NCBI RefSeq assembly: GCF_001194135.2
Contig: NC_068981.1
Location: 156,262,969 to 156,326,968, forward strand
DNA from: Octopus bimaculoides
Taxonomy: Eukaryota
Reading direction: 5' to 3'
Length of the DNA: 64,000 nucleotides
Shown: piece after piece, positions 51,382 through 59,942 of the stretch
How the letters are laid out: each line of letters begins with the position of its first letter
Position numbering within the stretch: the stretch's first letter is position 1
Program-made: the position numbers and the translations under genes
The notes under the pieces: model-generated
Seen by the model: the letters and a program-made list of their open reading frames with translations, nothing else
Database searches by the model: none
What the model was told of the DNA's origin: nothing

Positions 51382-53384
51382 GCTTCTTTCAGTTTCTGTC
51401 TACCAAGTCCACTTACAAGGCTTTGGTTGGCTTGAAGCTATAGTATAATGACACTTGCCCAAGGTGCCATGCAGTGGGACTGAACACAGAACCATGTGAT
51501 TGGGAAGCAAGCTTCTTACCACACAACCACTCCTGCGCTGTTGAATAAAATAAATAAATTTTTGTGATGAAATACTAATTTAATGAACAGCTTTTATTTT
51601 CAGCTACCATTTGCTAAAGAAATATATATTATTGTCCTTCTACTATTCTTTAATGGTGTGTGCAGGAGGCTGGGGTTAGAATTCATCTTATGAAAGTATA
51701 AGATGACATAATTTCAAGCCTTTTCTTAACGTTGGTTTTTCATATTTCTAAGAACTCTACAAATTCTAGATTACCCCAGTTCATTTCATCTTGAGCTATT
51801 GGTACATAAGGTTGGCAATAAAGTATTTAGCCCAGTTTTGTCTTTCAGCCACTTAATATTATACAGAAGCTGGAATTAAGGTAGCCTTATCTTAGCTGTT
51901 CACCCAATTCTCATCTGGTTTGGCTTTATTGTCTCATCTCCTGTTATGTTTAATTTTTTTCTCTCTCCTTCAACCTGAAAGTAACCAATACATGATAATT
52001 TACTTCATCCAGATTATGTCATTTATTCTATTAGCTGCTGCTGCTATAAAAAAATCTTCCAATGTGTCTCATTCTCTCTTAACCTTTTCATTTATTAAGT
52101 TTATTTTGTTCGTGTAATAGTAGATAGAATATTCTAGAATATTCTATTCACTTACTCTACTATTCTTGTAAAACTGTATCATCATCATTGTCACTATCAT
52201 CATCAACATCTGCTGTAACGGATTTGACATTTAGTATCAGGATTCTTCACTACATCATTTAGTATTCACTTTTCCATGTTTGCATGTATCTTGTGAGTAA
52301 ATTTGGCAAACTGAAACTGTAAAAAGCCTCTCATGCAATATGTTTTTATAGTGTGTCTGTGTGTGTGTTCTTCTCAACTTCACATTTGCACAGTGGTTTT
52401 AAACTAAACCACTGTTCATACAAGTGGTATAATTTGTTTGGCCTCTCTGACCATTGAGCTCTTTGTTCAAAGGATTAGGAGAAATGTTGTCTTGCTTGGA
52501 AACAGGCAATGGTTGGCAACAGGAAGAGAATCCAGCCTTCTGTTTTTCCATACTAGCATTGGTTAGATGAATGAGGATTTATTTGTGACGGTATTTTATT
52601 CCCAGATGCCTTTCCTATTACTGACCTTTGCATGCTTTTCAAGTAGTGGATGTTTTTCATTACACTGGCTCTCAAAAGCACTGTAGTTTGTTATTATGGC
52701 AACATGCAAAGCCATGAAATGCCAACATCTGCACACGTACATGGGCACACACATATATACAAAGACGAAGGGAAGATAATTTTATGAATTAAGAATCTCT
52801 CGAAGTTAATTTATATTCCTAGAAGAAAGAGAGTTTTATCCTTGTTTGTAAGAAGGGGGTGTAACTATGGACATGTTTCGATCTATTAGATTTCATTAGC
52901 TTAAAATAGTCTACTAAATTCTGCTTGACAAAGATTTTTACATGAAGTAAGAATAATTTTTGGGCCAGTAATATTTGCATAATTCAAAATTTTGTCCGTT
53001 TTTTTTTTGCAAATGCCATTCAATAGGGATCCCTAAAGAGATACAATAAGTTATTTTGTATGTATCACTCAATGACATTCTTAATACTTTTACTGAAAAT
53101 TACTTTTCCTTTAACACCGTTTTACATATTTAACATACGGTTCTTAAATTTCTCTTGTATTTATATACTGTTTTCTCTTGCAGACACCACCTGAAAATAA
53201 TGATATGTTTGAAATATTATCAATGGACAATGATACCCAAGAGACAGATGTATCTCCATTTGTTCCTGGACCTATTGGTGCTGAAGGACCTTCTCCTTCT
53301 ATATCAGATTTAGATGGCCTTGATGAAAACACTACTTCCATATCCAGTCCATTTCAATTGACTACTTCCGATCCAAATGGTTGA
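16539..53384 (+). CDS. DNTTIP1: DNTTIP1/TdIF1 gene model (5' end unresolved): join(16539..19407,28946..29049,29611..29716,30502..30603,31961..32059,33096..33167,34642..34670,35888..35948,37623..37681,39118..39178,41017..41141,43130..43322,48025..48108,53184..53384), about 1,330-1,390 aa
   Basis: All junctions are AG/GT and phase-compatible. The spliced product contains SLDLIRQNLQRFINKEIDHVIQDYLKKFF (dimerisation domain), KKGRPP (AT-hook) and REGPKWDPERL...MGARANKALGFGATRGRLYIKHPELFKYSGDQDDKQWL...GGKAYILL...DEYR...WMLEKMK (C-terminal SKI/SNO/DAC-like domain). These are recognisable against vertebrate DNTTIP1 (REGPKWDPARL...GSRANKALGMGGTRGRIYIKHPHLFKY). Confidence 0.93.
19723..20050 (-). mobile_element. 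RTE-type 3' end / derived repeat with (GAT)n tail
   Basis: (CAT)n then CGTTTAATGTCCGTTTTCTATGCTGGTATGGGTTGG; three modular units. Confidence 0.8.
20368..21875 (+). mobile_element. RTE LINE 3' portion, degenerate, with a nested SINE
   Basis: ELEKK..W...LESK.LKV..AKTKVLV, CPCSVCRKGVG, WRKFRELLPLL, AMLHGSETWALN; ends in the (GAT)n tail. Confidence 0.88.
20981..21306 (-). mobile_element. tRNA-SINE (second family) inserted into the RTE
   Basis: 10-bp TSD CTATGTCAGT at 20971-20980 and 21307-21316; related copies at about 12990-13150, 29830-29990, 46870-47010, 62890-63170 and 63590-63700. Confidence 0.85.
22927..23145 (+). mobile_element. tRNA-SINE (third family, GGCAGAATCGTTAGC head, (TTA)n tail)
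   Basis: TTCAAATTCC B-box and CCTTTCATCCTTTC-GGGGTCGATAAAATAAGTACC core; other copies at 32300, 36890, 37115, 55310 and 60085. Confidence 0.8.
23146..26930 (-). mobile_element. R4/Dong-clade non-LTR retrotransposon (RT + CCHC + restriction-like endonuclease), near full length, degenerate
   Basis: KWSREDNKEV N-terminal motif; GIFQGDSLSPLLFCLAL...HLIY.NDLKLFAK; MQFGLDKCAK; LNARNRIEAINALAIPV; TCRVC...ETIDYVVS; LWNFTIQTDRKIDANRPDI...IDMTVP...KLSKYKDL; (TTA)n tracts on both flanks. Confidence 0.92.
23394..23430. other. Assembly gap (37 N); further gaps at 30905-30914 and 42650-42659
   Basis: N runs. Confidence 1.
28946..29049 (+). CDS. DNTTIP1: DNTTIP1 exon PKPFSMRLQTLNNFPVSQAYKSTFRCHAAAISRA(K)
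   Basis: ctatttcag| ... AA|gtaaga; 104 nt, phase 0 to 2; open frame. Confidence 0.85.
29611..29716 (+). CDS. DNTTIP1: DNTTIP1 exon VACITSSTKSLDLIRQNLQRFINKEIDHVIQDYLK (dimerisation domain)
   Basis: aattccag|G ... AAG|gtaagc; 106 nt; resembles vertebrate SMDLLRAVLQPSINEEIQTVFNKYM. Confidence 0.92.
29990..30295. mobile_element. RTE fragments in inverted arrangement
   Basis: QRLGIDEWLVRAVQALYGDAVSEVRVGNEYSEEFRV on +; adjacent RTE 3' coding sequence on -. Confidence 0.7.
30502..30603 (+). CDS. DNTTIP1: DNTTIP1 exon KFFNPGIENIRFNNGLNAVKDEHVQSVCQKILEE
   Basis: ttttacag| ... GAG|gtttgt; 102 nt; phase 0-0. Confidence 0.92.
31359..31846 (+). repeat. LTR-like unit (TGTTG...CAACA, 31359-31686) followed by a truncated direct copy of its first 75 bp (31772-31846)
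   Basis: TGTTGTGGCGGACATCCCCAAGTGAGAAG vs TGTTGTGACGGACACCCCCAAGTGAGAAG; no TSD seen. Confidence 0.5.
31961..32059 (+). CDS. DNTTIP1: DNTTIP1 exon AKKMYVPDRQNIKYDKAPVENVSELTTAGSSKR
   Basis: ttttctcag| ... CGA|gtaagt; 99 nt; phase 0-0. Confidence 0.9.
33096..33167 (+). CDS. DNTTIP1: DNTTIP1 exon STFNRKRRSSDTDSDIALPVQKKK
   Basis: ttatttcag| ... AAG|gtaaag; 72 nt; phase 0-0; basic NLS-like runs. Confidence 0.85.
34642..34670 (+). CDS. DNTTIP1: DNTTIP1 29-nt microexon KKGRPPTHS(G), AT-hook
   Basis: ttttcacag| ... GG|gtaagt; phase 0 to 2; GRP AT-hook core as in vertebrate KRKGRPP. Confidence 0.9.
35888..35948 (+). CDS. DNTTIP1: DNTTIP1 exon RVTPQKSIRSVEPLKREGPK
   Basis: tttcttag|G ... AAG|gtaagc; 61 nt; EP-x-x-REGPK conserved. 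Confidence 0.92.
37623..37681 (+). CDS. DNTTIP1: DNTTIP1 exon WDPERLISETLFVMGARAN(K)
   Basis: aatttcag| ... AA|gtaagt; 59 nt. Confidence 0.95.
37870..38950 (+). mobile_element. RTE LINE internal fragment (endonuclease end / linker / RT start) with a nested antisense RTE-tail repeat (about 38123-38425)
   Basis: FPGEECTPQHRLVVSDFRI; WWNNVVDRAIRVKKQAWKDW; MRFGFVPG.STADAIF. Confidence 0.85.
39118..39178 (+). CDS. DNTTIP1: DNTTIP1 exon ALGFGATRGRLYIKHPELFK
   Basis: tcttttag|A ... AAA|gtaagt; 61 nt. Confidence 0.95.
40087..40943 (-). mobile_element. Tc1/mariner-superfamily (maT/DD37D-like) transposon, internally deleted
   Basis: TA-flanked TIRs CAGGGTGTTCAGGCTAAATTTGA / TCAAATTTAGTCTGAACATTCTG; APSHTA..Q.WL..NF..F..PNFWPPNS..CN.MDY.VW. 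Confidence 0.85.
41017..41141 (+). CDS. DNTTIP1: DNTTIP1 exon YSGDQDDKQWLFDNHHMPAIGGKAYILLYNDIENLANTDEY(R)
   Basis: ctttacag| ... CG|gtaagt; 125 nt. Confidence 0.95.
41740..42302. mobile_element. Foldback MITE (563 bp) with GGATC TIRs and an internal telomere-repeat palindrome
   Basis: TIRs of about 38 bp, GGATCT(A/T)TTT(T)AAAACGGGGGCCACATTTTTCATTAA; perfect 8-bp TSD AGTAATTG (41732-41739, 42303-42310). Confidence 0.9.
43130..43322 (+). CDS. DNTTIP1: DNTTIP1 exon ENPNVILNELVLFKVPLWMLEKMKIQMNALRTDLPK...QPAVIQ
   Basis: ttctacag|G ... CAG|gtaaat; 193 nt; WMLEKMK resembles vertebrate WMVEKMR. Confidence 0.92.
44717..44969 (+). mobile_element. Penelope-like pLTR insertion (253 bp) with an inverted 5' segment
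   Basis: 12-bp TSD TTAGAGAAAAAA (44705-44716, 44970-44981); perfect 46-bp inverted repeat 44717-44762 / 44864-44909; hammerhead motif in between. Confidence 0.75.
44773..44830 (+). ncRNA. Minimal type I hammerhead ribozyme fold, G3:C8 core variant
   Basis: Stem I AAUUU-UGUCA / UGACA-(C)-AAAUU; core GUGAACA (vs CUGANGA); stem II GUUGC/GCGAC; GAAA; palindromic stem III AAUAUU; predicted cleavage after UUU (44819/44820). Confidence 0.72.
46356..46570. repeat. Compound (CA)n-(CT)n microsatellite
   Basis: Seen directly. Similar simple repeats at 1-42, 14690-15090 (degenerate CT-rich), 27880-28050, 59740-59790 and 61782-61830. Confidence 0.95.
48025..48108 (+). CDS. DNTTIP1: Probable symmetric (phase 0-0) DNTTIP1 exon SSSSTEVLASKLPFTRFLYDDSIKPVCE
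   Basis: cttctatattatag| ... GAG|gtaaat; 84 nt; open frame; no homology support. Confidence 0.55.
48851..48970 (+). mobile_element. Mariner left-end fragment
   Basis: TA-TTGGGTCATCCCATAAATAATG TIR plus about 100 bp of 5' leader. Confidence 0.8.
49012..50637 (+). mobile_element. Composite mariner transposon, pseudogenic, with a duplicated catalytic region from two subfamilies
   Basis: MEVTKEHIRHILLYEF...WVPH...TGVEKWILY...DNARPH...PPYLPDIAPSDYHLFHSLQN, then at about 50005 restarts at the WILY-equivalent with a diverged copy ending RYSPNLAPSDNHLF...RWKEVIVNQGKYIDD*; right TIR CTTATGGGATGACCTGA-TA. Confidence 0.88.
53184..53384 (+). CDS. DNTTIP1: DNTTIP1 terminal coding exon TPPENNDMFEIL...TSDPNG*
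   Basis: ttttctcttgcag|; phase 0; stop TGA at 53382-53384, followed by a long U/A-rich 3'UTR-like region. Confidence 0.78.
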   Translation, partial: TPPENNDMFEILSMDNDTQETDVSPFVPGPIGAEGPSPSISDLDGLDENTTSISSPFQLTTSDPNG

Positions 53385-55178
53385 TTTTTTTTTTTGTTTT
53401 GATTTTTTTTTTTGTTTTTTTTTCCATTGAGTGATCCTCTTGGTTGACTCCTAACAAAAGCACCAACTTCAGTCACAATTAAACTGACTGACTGATCCTA
53501 TTTTTCTAGATTTATTCAAAGTTCATGTTGGTGCTATCATGTTTTCTATGCTATGGATCTAAATGGAACTGACTTGGACTCAGGGCTGCAACTGACATCA
53601 ACAAACTCCTGCATATTAGTGTGCAATGAAATTCAATATGAAGTGTATGATAATCTCTTATCTCCATGCAGCCATTGTTGGGTGATCACAAGCATAAAAC
53701 AAACTTTTGAAAAGACAGAACAAATTTTGTTTCTCTCCTATTTGTAATTATTGTTTCCTGTGTACTCAAGTTTAATCTTAACCTTTTATTGAAAGACAAA
53801 GAAAAAAATATGCCTTTATTTTTAAAATTCTATTTTCTTTCTAGGAAAAAAATATTGTAATTAATAGGCATGCAGACTTTTGGGGAAAAGCATTTTTAAG
53901 CAACTGTTGTTTGTTTTATATTTTATCTCTAAAATGATATATAAAAGAAATGAAATGAATATTGTTTTTAAATATTTGTTTTAAATTGTTTTTCTTTTCC
54001 ATATTATTTGAGGTAGGAGAAAGATTTTACTTTGAACATATTAACTTTTACAGATTTTGCTATTTATCAGTTCAGAAGCCAGAAGATGTAATAGTCTCAA
54101 AAAAAAAAAAAGAAAGAAAGCAATGAAAATATTAAACCTACTAATAGAGCATCATACTTAAGCACTTACACTTGTATATTACAAGACACAAAAGAGCAAA
54201 TACTGTTTGAAGCATTAAATTGAATGAAAGAAATTTAACGAACAGCATTCCATCATTTGCAAATGTTGTGAACCAAAAGGAATCACTCTAAGAGAAGGAG
54301 TGCACAAGGTGTCAAAAAAGACAATGCTATTTCTTTTCTCTCTTTTTTTTTTTTTTTAAATGATTAATTTGAAAGAAGGGCAGTGCCAGTAACCCTTTTC
54401 AAAGACTCCAAGGCTGGTGGGATGAAGTTATCTTCAAACTGAAGGCCTAGCCCAAATGCTTGCAAGAGAATAGACTCCATTGAAAGTACTCAAGGGCTAG
54501 GGGGGAGTGTTAAAGATTAACAACTTATCTAGAAATAACAAGGAGGAAGGTAACATACCTGTGTTTTTCAATAAAAAAAGAAAAGAAAAGAAAACCATAG
54601 TGTGTTTCCATATACCCTCAAAAGCAGAGTTGGAAGAAGCCCTGGCTGATGTGTTACAGGGCAGACCATATGGGAGCATGTGCCTCGTTTTTAAGACTGA
54701 GGAGACAGGCAGAGCTGTAGTACCCCATACCTGCTCCTCTCACACTGGTGCAATGCAAGTATTATATCCTGAGATATTTGTATTGATGTTGACTTATCAT
54801 TATCTTTGTGACATCATATAGGCAAGTGGTTCACATGGAGATGACATGGTTAGGCAGGTTCTGATAGCCTCTGAAGGCCATGAGGTTATTCTTCAACTAT
54901 ACCCCTAAACTCTATTAAAGGTTTCAAAAAGGATATGAGTCTGCTTGTTGGTGCCAAGTCGATCGCTCAGTTACTACATGTGTAGTGGTAGTTAAAGCCA
55001 TTCAAGGAACTTGTAATTAGAAGAGCAAAAAAAAAAGAGAGAAAGAGGTGAGCAAATATGATTAACAATACCAACAAATTCCAGAGGTGAAGACCATGGC
55101 TAATATCATCACTTTTTCCAGACTATAACCAGTCTTAACTTCTGAAGAAAAGGAAATCCATGTGTATCAAATGTGTGC

Positions 55179-55226
<48 letters not shown>

Positions 55227-55517
55227 TATGTACATCTCCACACATATTTTGCATTGTATGTATAGGACCATGTGGTCAATGAAGGAATAATTATAGAGTG
55301 GTGTATTGACAAAACTGTCAGAGCATAGGAAAAGATACTTTGTGGTATTTCTTCCAACCCTTTACATTCTGAGTTCAAATCCTACCAAAGTTAAATTTGC
55401 CTTTAATCCCTCCAGGGTTGATAAAATAAAGTACCAGTTATGTAGTGAGGTAGGGGTGGGTTAATGGTATTGACTAATCTTCTCTCCCTCAAGATTGTCT
55501 CAAATTTTGAAACAATT

Positions 55518-55890
55518 ATTACCTCCGCCAAGGAAGGAGGTTATGTTTTCATCGGCGTTGGTTTGTCTGTCTGTGTGCAAAATAACTCAAAAGTTGTGAA
55601 CGGTATTTCATGAAACTTGCAGGAAAACTTGGTAATGACACAAGGAACAGATGATGAAATTTTGGTAGTGATCCAGGAATTTTTATGGATTCTTGAAGGA
55701 TTTTTCATTTGTTATATTTACTTTACATGAAGTGTTACAATATTATATTCTTTGATTATCTCCCTTGAAAATATGTTCATTCTTTCCACGTAACCTATGG
55801 TGGCATTGCTGTTTCCAAAGTTTATTTTTGTTTCTCTATTAGTAATTTTACTCATGTATCTATCTTAAAATGAGCTCCTTGGCGGAGGAT
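55518..55890 (+). mobile_element. Helentron-associated non-autonomous element (HINE/DINE-1-like)
   Basis: subTIRs CCTCCGCCAAGG (55522-55533) / CCTTGGCGGAGG (55877-55888); 5' hairpin CCTCC..GGAGG; (GTCT)n core; a related 3' end ...CTTGGCAGTGGCCTGCGCTCTGCGAATGCTTTTCTAGTT at 57605-57643. Confidence 0.65.
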
Positions 55891-55959
55891 GACATGACAA
55901 GCCTTGACTATTGGGATTGACTCAAAAAGCTCAAGCTTTGCTCCCTCCACCACCGCTGT

Positions 55960-56780
55960 GAGCTCTATATCATCTGTATGATGCAGAAAATATTCCATCA
56001 ATAATGTGGTGTGCAAGTGAGATGACTGCGCTGGTATGGTCATGTACGAATAGATGAGGAGAGCTGTGTGAAAAAGTGTCACACCCTGGTGGTTGAGGGA
56101 AACTGGAAGCGGTAGACCCAGGAAGACCTGGGATGGGGTGCACGACCTTCAAACATTAGGCCTCACTAAGGCAATGACTAGTGACTGAGACCTTTGGAAA
56201 TATGCTGTGCTTGAGAAGACCCAGCAAGCCAAGTGAGACCATAACCTGTGGCTTATGCCAGTGGTGTAACCAGCCCACTTAGGCATACCTTTCTTTCATT
56301 GGACACTAAACTCTGCTTGTGAAGATCTATTGAGGTAAGTGAAATCGAACTCAAATTCGATGACTGGCATCCGTGCTAGTGGAGCGAGCACCATCCGAGC
56401 GTGATTGTTGACTGGCCCCTGTGCCAGTGGCACATAAAAAGCATCATTCAAGTGTGATTGTTTCCAGTGTTGCCTTACTGGCACAACATTCAAGCGAGGG
56501 CGTTGCCAGTGCCGCTGGACTGGCTCCTGTGCAGGTGACACGTAAAAACACCATTTGAGCATGGCCATTGCCAGAATCGCCTGACTGGCACTCATGCCGG
56601 TGGCATGTAAAAGCACCCACTACACTCTCGGAGTGGTTGGTATTAGGAAGGGCATCCAGCTATAGAAACTCAGCCAGATCAGATTGGAGCCTGGTGCAGC
56701 CATCTGGTTCACCAGTCCCCAGTCAAACCATCCAACCAATGCCAGCATGGAAAGCAGACATTAAATGATGATGATGATGA
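55960..56780 (+). mobile_element. RTE LINE 3' end with full modular 3'UTR and (GAT)n tail
   Basis: RLRWYGHV...VEGNWKR.RPRKTWDG..; three GGTGGCACGTAAAAAGCACC-like modules. Confidence 0.88.
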
Positions 56781-56789
56781 TTTCTCATC

Positions 56790-57145
56790 TTTAAAATTTG
56801 TCCGAGGCTTGGCCCCTGTGCCATCCATCTACTACAGAAATGTTGGTGTTGTATCACAACACTATGACAGAACTATTTCACCTCAATTGGCCCTGCTCTC
56901 TTCAACATCGTACCAGATACACATAAAGGAGGAAAGTGACTTCACAACATTCAAACGATCCCTAGATAATTACCCCCAACAAATACCAGATAAGCCACCC
57001 ACACCCAGATATGTCTCTGAAAACAATAACCCTCTGCTTGAATGGGCTACAGTTCCCCAGAGCTGACTGTGTATCTCTTCCAGGTGGTGCTATTAAATTA
57101 AACATGACCTGAGTCAACTTCAGCCGAAACTTATCTAAGTAATCT
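56790..57145 (+). mobile_element. CR1/L2-group LINE 3' fragment
   Basis: GPALFNIVPDHIKEESDFTTFKRSLDNY.QQIPDKPPTPRYVSENNNPLLEW; (CTAA/GTAA)-type tail. Confidence 0.7.
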
Positions 57146-57653
57146 AATCTATGCTGTAACTTTTTAATCAAAGCATGACAACATGGGTAGAGGCTGATAT
57201 CTTAACATTTCTGATGGTCTTAAGTATAAAAAAAAATTATTAAAGATTTATATAGAACTACATTCAGAATATGTCTATAAGCTATTGTACTTAGCCCTGG
57301 TTTCTATCCTCAAACAGTTCCGTTTTGTAGATGCCTTTTTTTTTTTATTAATAAAGCACTCCGAAATTAGAAAAATCAAAAATCTGCAACAATCTTGGTC
57401 CCATGAGTATCAGATAATGGATTTTCAACTGTGTAAAGAAACTGATTGTGGTGATCGTAGTTTTGACGGTGATTGTGGGGAAAGCAGAGACAGTGTTGAT
57501 GACAATGGTCGAGATAAGTATGGGAGGAGGTTATCTTTTTGCCAGCATTGGTTTGGGAAATTGGGCGATTTTCCACATGCATGTATATGGGTGGAAATGA
57601 GCTGCTTGGCAGTGGCCTGCGCTCTGCGAATGCTTTTCTAGTTATAATTATTG

Positions 57654-59736
57654 TCACCAGTTTGATTTCCACTCATTTAGTTACTTATTTTTGCTAAAAA
57701 TTTTGTTGTGTCTTGCAACCTTTTCAATAGTTGTTGACTCTGTCCATTATCAGAGATGTGTTCTTTTTCTTTGTTTGTGCACGTGTGTATACACGTATGT
57801 ATGTATGTATGTGTGTGTATGCATGTGTTTACGTTTGTATGTATGTATTCTGTTTATTCATGTGTTTGTGTGTTCATGCGTTTGTGTTTGTGTGTGTACT
57901 TCTGTCTCCTTGTGTGTCTATGTGTATCGGTTTGTGTGATTGTACGTGCATCTCTTATGTATTGATGTGTGTTTCCATATATGTGTGTGTGTGTGTGCGT
58001 GTGTGCGCTTGTCTGTCCATATTACCTATGTACCTATCTATTTATCTGTCTGTTTACTTACATATCCATTTACCTACACGCATATATATAGACCACCCAC
58101 CATCACCTCGGCAGTGAAGAAAAGCACCACAGAGCACTGGAGTGGCTGGACTATACCCACCCAGGACGCTGAGGACAGCAGTCAGGTGAAAAGAATGACT
58201 GCACATGCAATAGGGGCTAGCATAAGAACCACATAGTAAAGTTTAACAGGAATCTATACATGCAGGTTCAAGATGTAGCCATTGGTGTTGGTGTGGCTGG
58301 CCTCTTCATGACCTGATGAGACAGAAAACTTAAACAATCCTTAGCAGAACAATCCACAACTGTTTTGCTTTACTGTAGGTATATAGATGACATTAATATT
58401 CTAGTTAGGACAAACTCTAATAACTGTTATGTTGAAACCGAGAGGAGCACAATGGAGGGTATCCAGCATGTAGCTAACTCCATCCACCAAAGTATCAAGG
58501 TAACTATAGATTACCAGACTAGACACCCTAACAATAAACTCCCTGTCCTTGATACTGAACTTTAGTTAAAGACTGAACAACAGAGTGCAGCTCCTCCACT
58601 CCTATTACATGAAGCCCATAGCTTCTAAATATGTTGTTCACAAGAACTCAGCTTTGTCACAAAACATGAAAATCAACATACTGATGGCAGGCTTAGTTAG
58701 GATAATGAACAATGTGTCCCCGCTATGCAAACCCTATGAAATAAAGAAACATGTACAGAACTTCATGCAATTCTCTGGATATGATTAGAAAAATAGGGTT
58801 CGAGTATACAGGGGAACTAGAAAGAAGTTAGATAGCATTATATGTAATGAAACCAACGGTACCTGCTCTACATATAGAAGTAAAGACTGGAATAGGATAC
58901 AAAGAGTTTGTCACAAAGGAAACAGGGTCAACACGTGGTACAAGACTGACAAATATCAAAAAGTAATTTTTGTAGAGGCTGCTGCCCATGGAGAACTAGC
59001 CCAAAGGTTTAGGAAAGCTCTGAAGGAGGCCAAACTTAATATTAAGATCGTTGAAAAGCCAGGGAGCTCCATCAGATCACAACTATGTAGGACATACTCC
59101 TTTGAGAATACAACATGCACCAGTGACAACTGCATAATATGTAAGATTTAACCCTGGCATTAACTGTAGAACTAGAAATGTGTTCTACAGCATAAGGTGC
59201 ATAAAGGGTGCTTGTAAAGACAAGAACATGATATACATAGGTGAGACATCTAGAAGCATTGTAGAGAGACTAAATGAACATTTGAGACAATATGACGACA
59301 AAAAACAGTCCTCTATACTCTACCGACATGGATGTACACTGGGTCAACTTGACATCTGCATTTTATCCAAGCTTTCGAAGGACCCAACACTCAGACAAAT
59401 AGAGGAGTACATCCTCAGTAGTAAATAGGAAATATGCATAGAACGTAGTCAGACCCCAATACCTACAGTTTATATATACACAGGTAGAGTTGTTAGTAGG
59501 CTGTTAGGTAGACATATGTTTGTGTGTGTGTAGGTAGATGGATATGTAAGTAAACAGGTAGATAAATAAGTTCACACATACACAAATGAAGACCGAAACA
59601 CATGACCATATATACACACACACACAAGGACACATGGAGACATACATCCATACATAACAGACGCACATACATAGTCTCATAAACCCATACACAGACACAC
59701 ACATAGATATGCAGAATACATACAAACGTACACACA

Positions 59737-59778
<42 letters not shown>

Positions 59779-59942
59779 TACACGCACAAACATACATATG
59801 TGTATACACATGCGCACAAACAAACAAACAAAAAGAACGCAGCTCTGATAACAGACAGTCAGCAACTATTGAAAAGGTTGGAAGACGCAATGAAAATTTT
59901 AGGAAAAATAAATAACTAAATGAGTGGAAATTGAACTGGTGA
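57654..59942 (+). mobile_element. Penelope-like element (Neptune-like), RT 3' half + GIY-YIG, flanked by inverted microsatellite-rich pLTRs
   Basis: YCRYIDDI; IDYQTRHPNNKLPVLD; YYMKPIASKYVVHKNSALS; C.SDNCIIC...NCRTRNVFYSIRC..C...YIGETSRSIVERLNEH; inverted repeat 57654-58080 / 59525-59942. Confidence 0.88.

Noticed and set aside
59828-59870. Possible hammerhead in the Neptune pLTR (CTGATAA..GAC.GTC)
   Set aside because: G8 is altered without compensation, GAAA does not follow stem II, and there is no convincing stem I.
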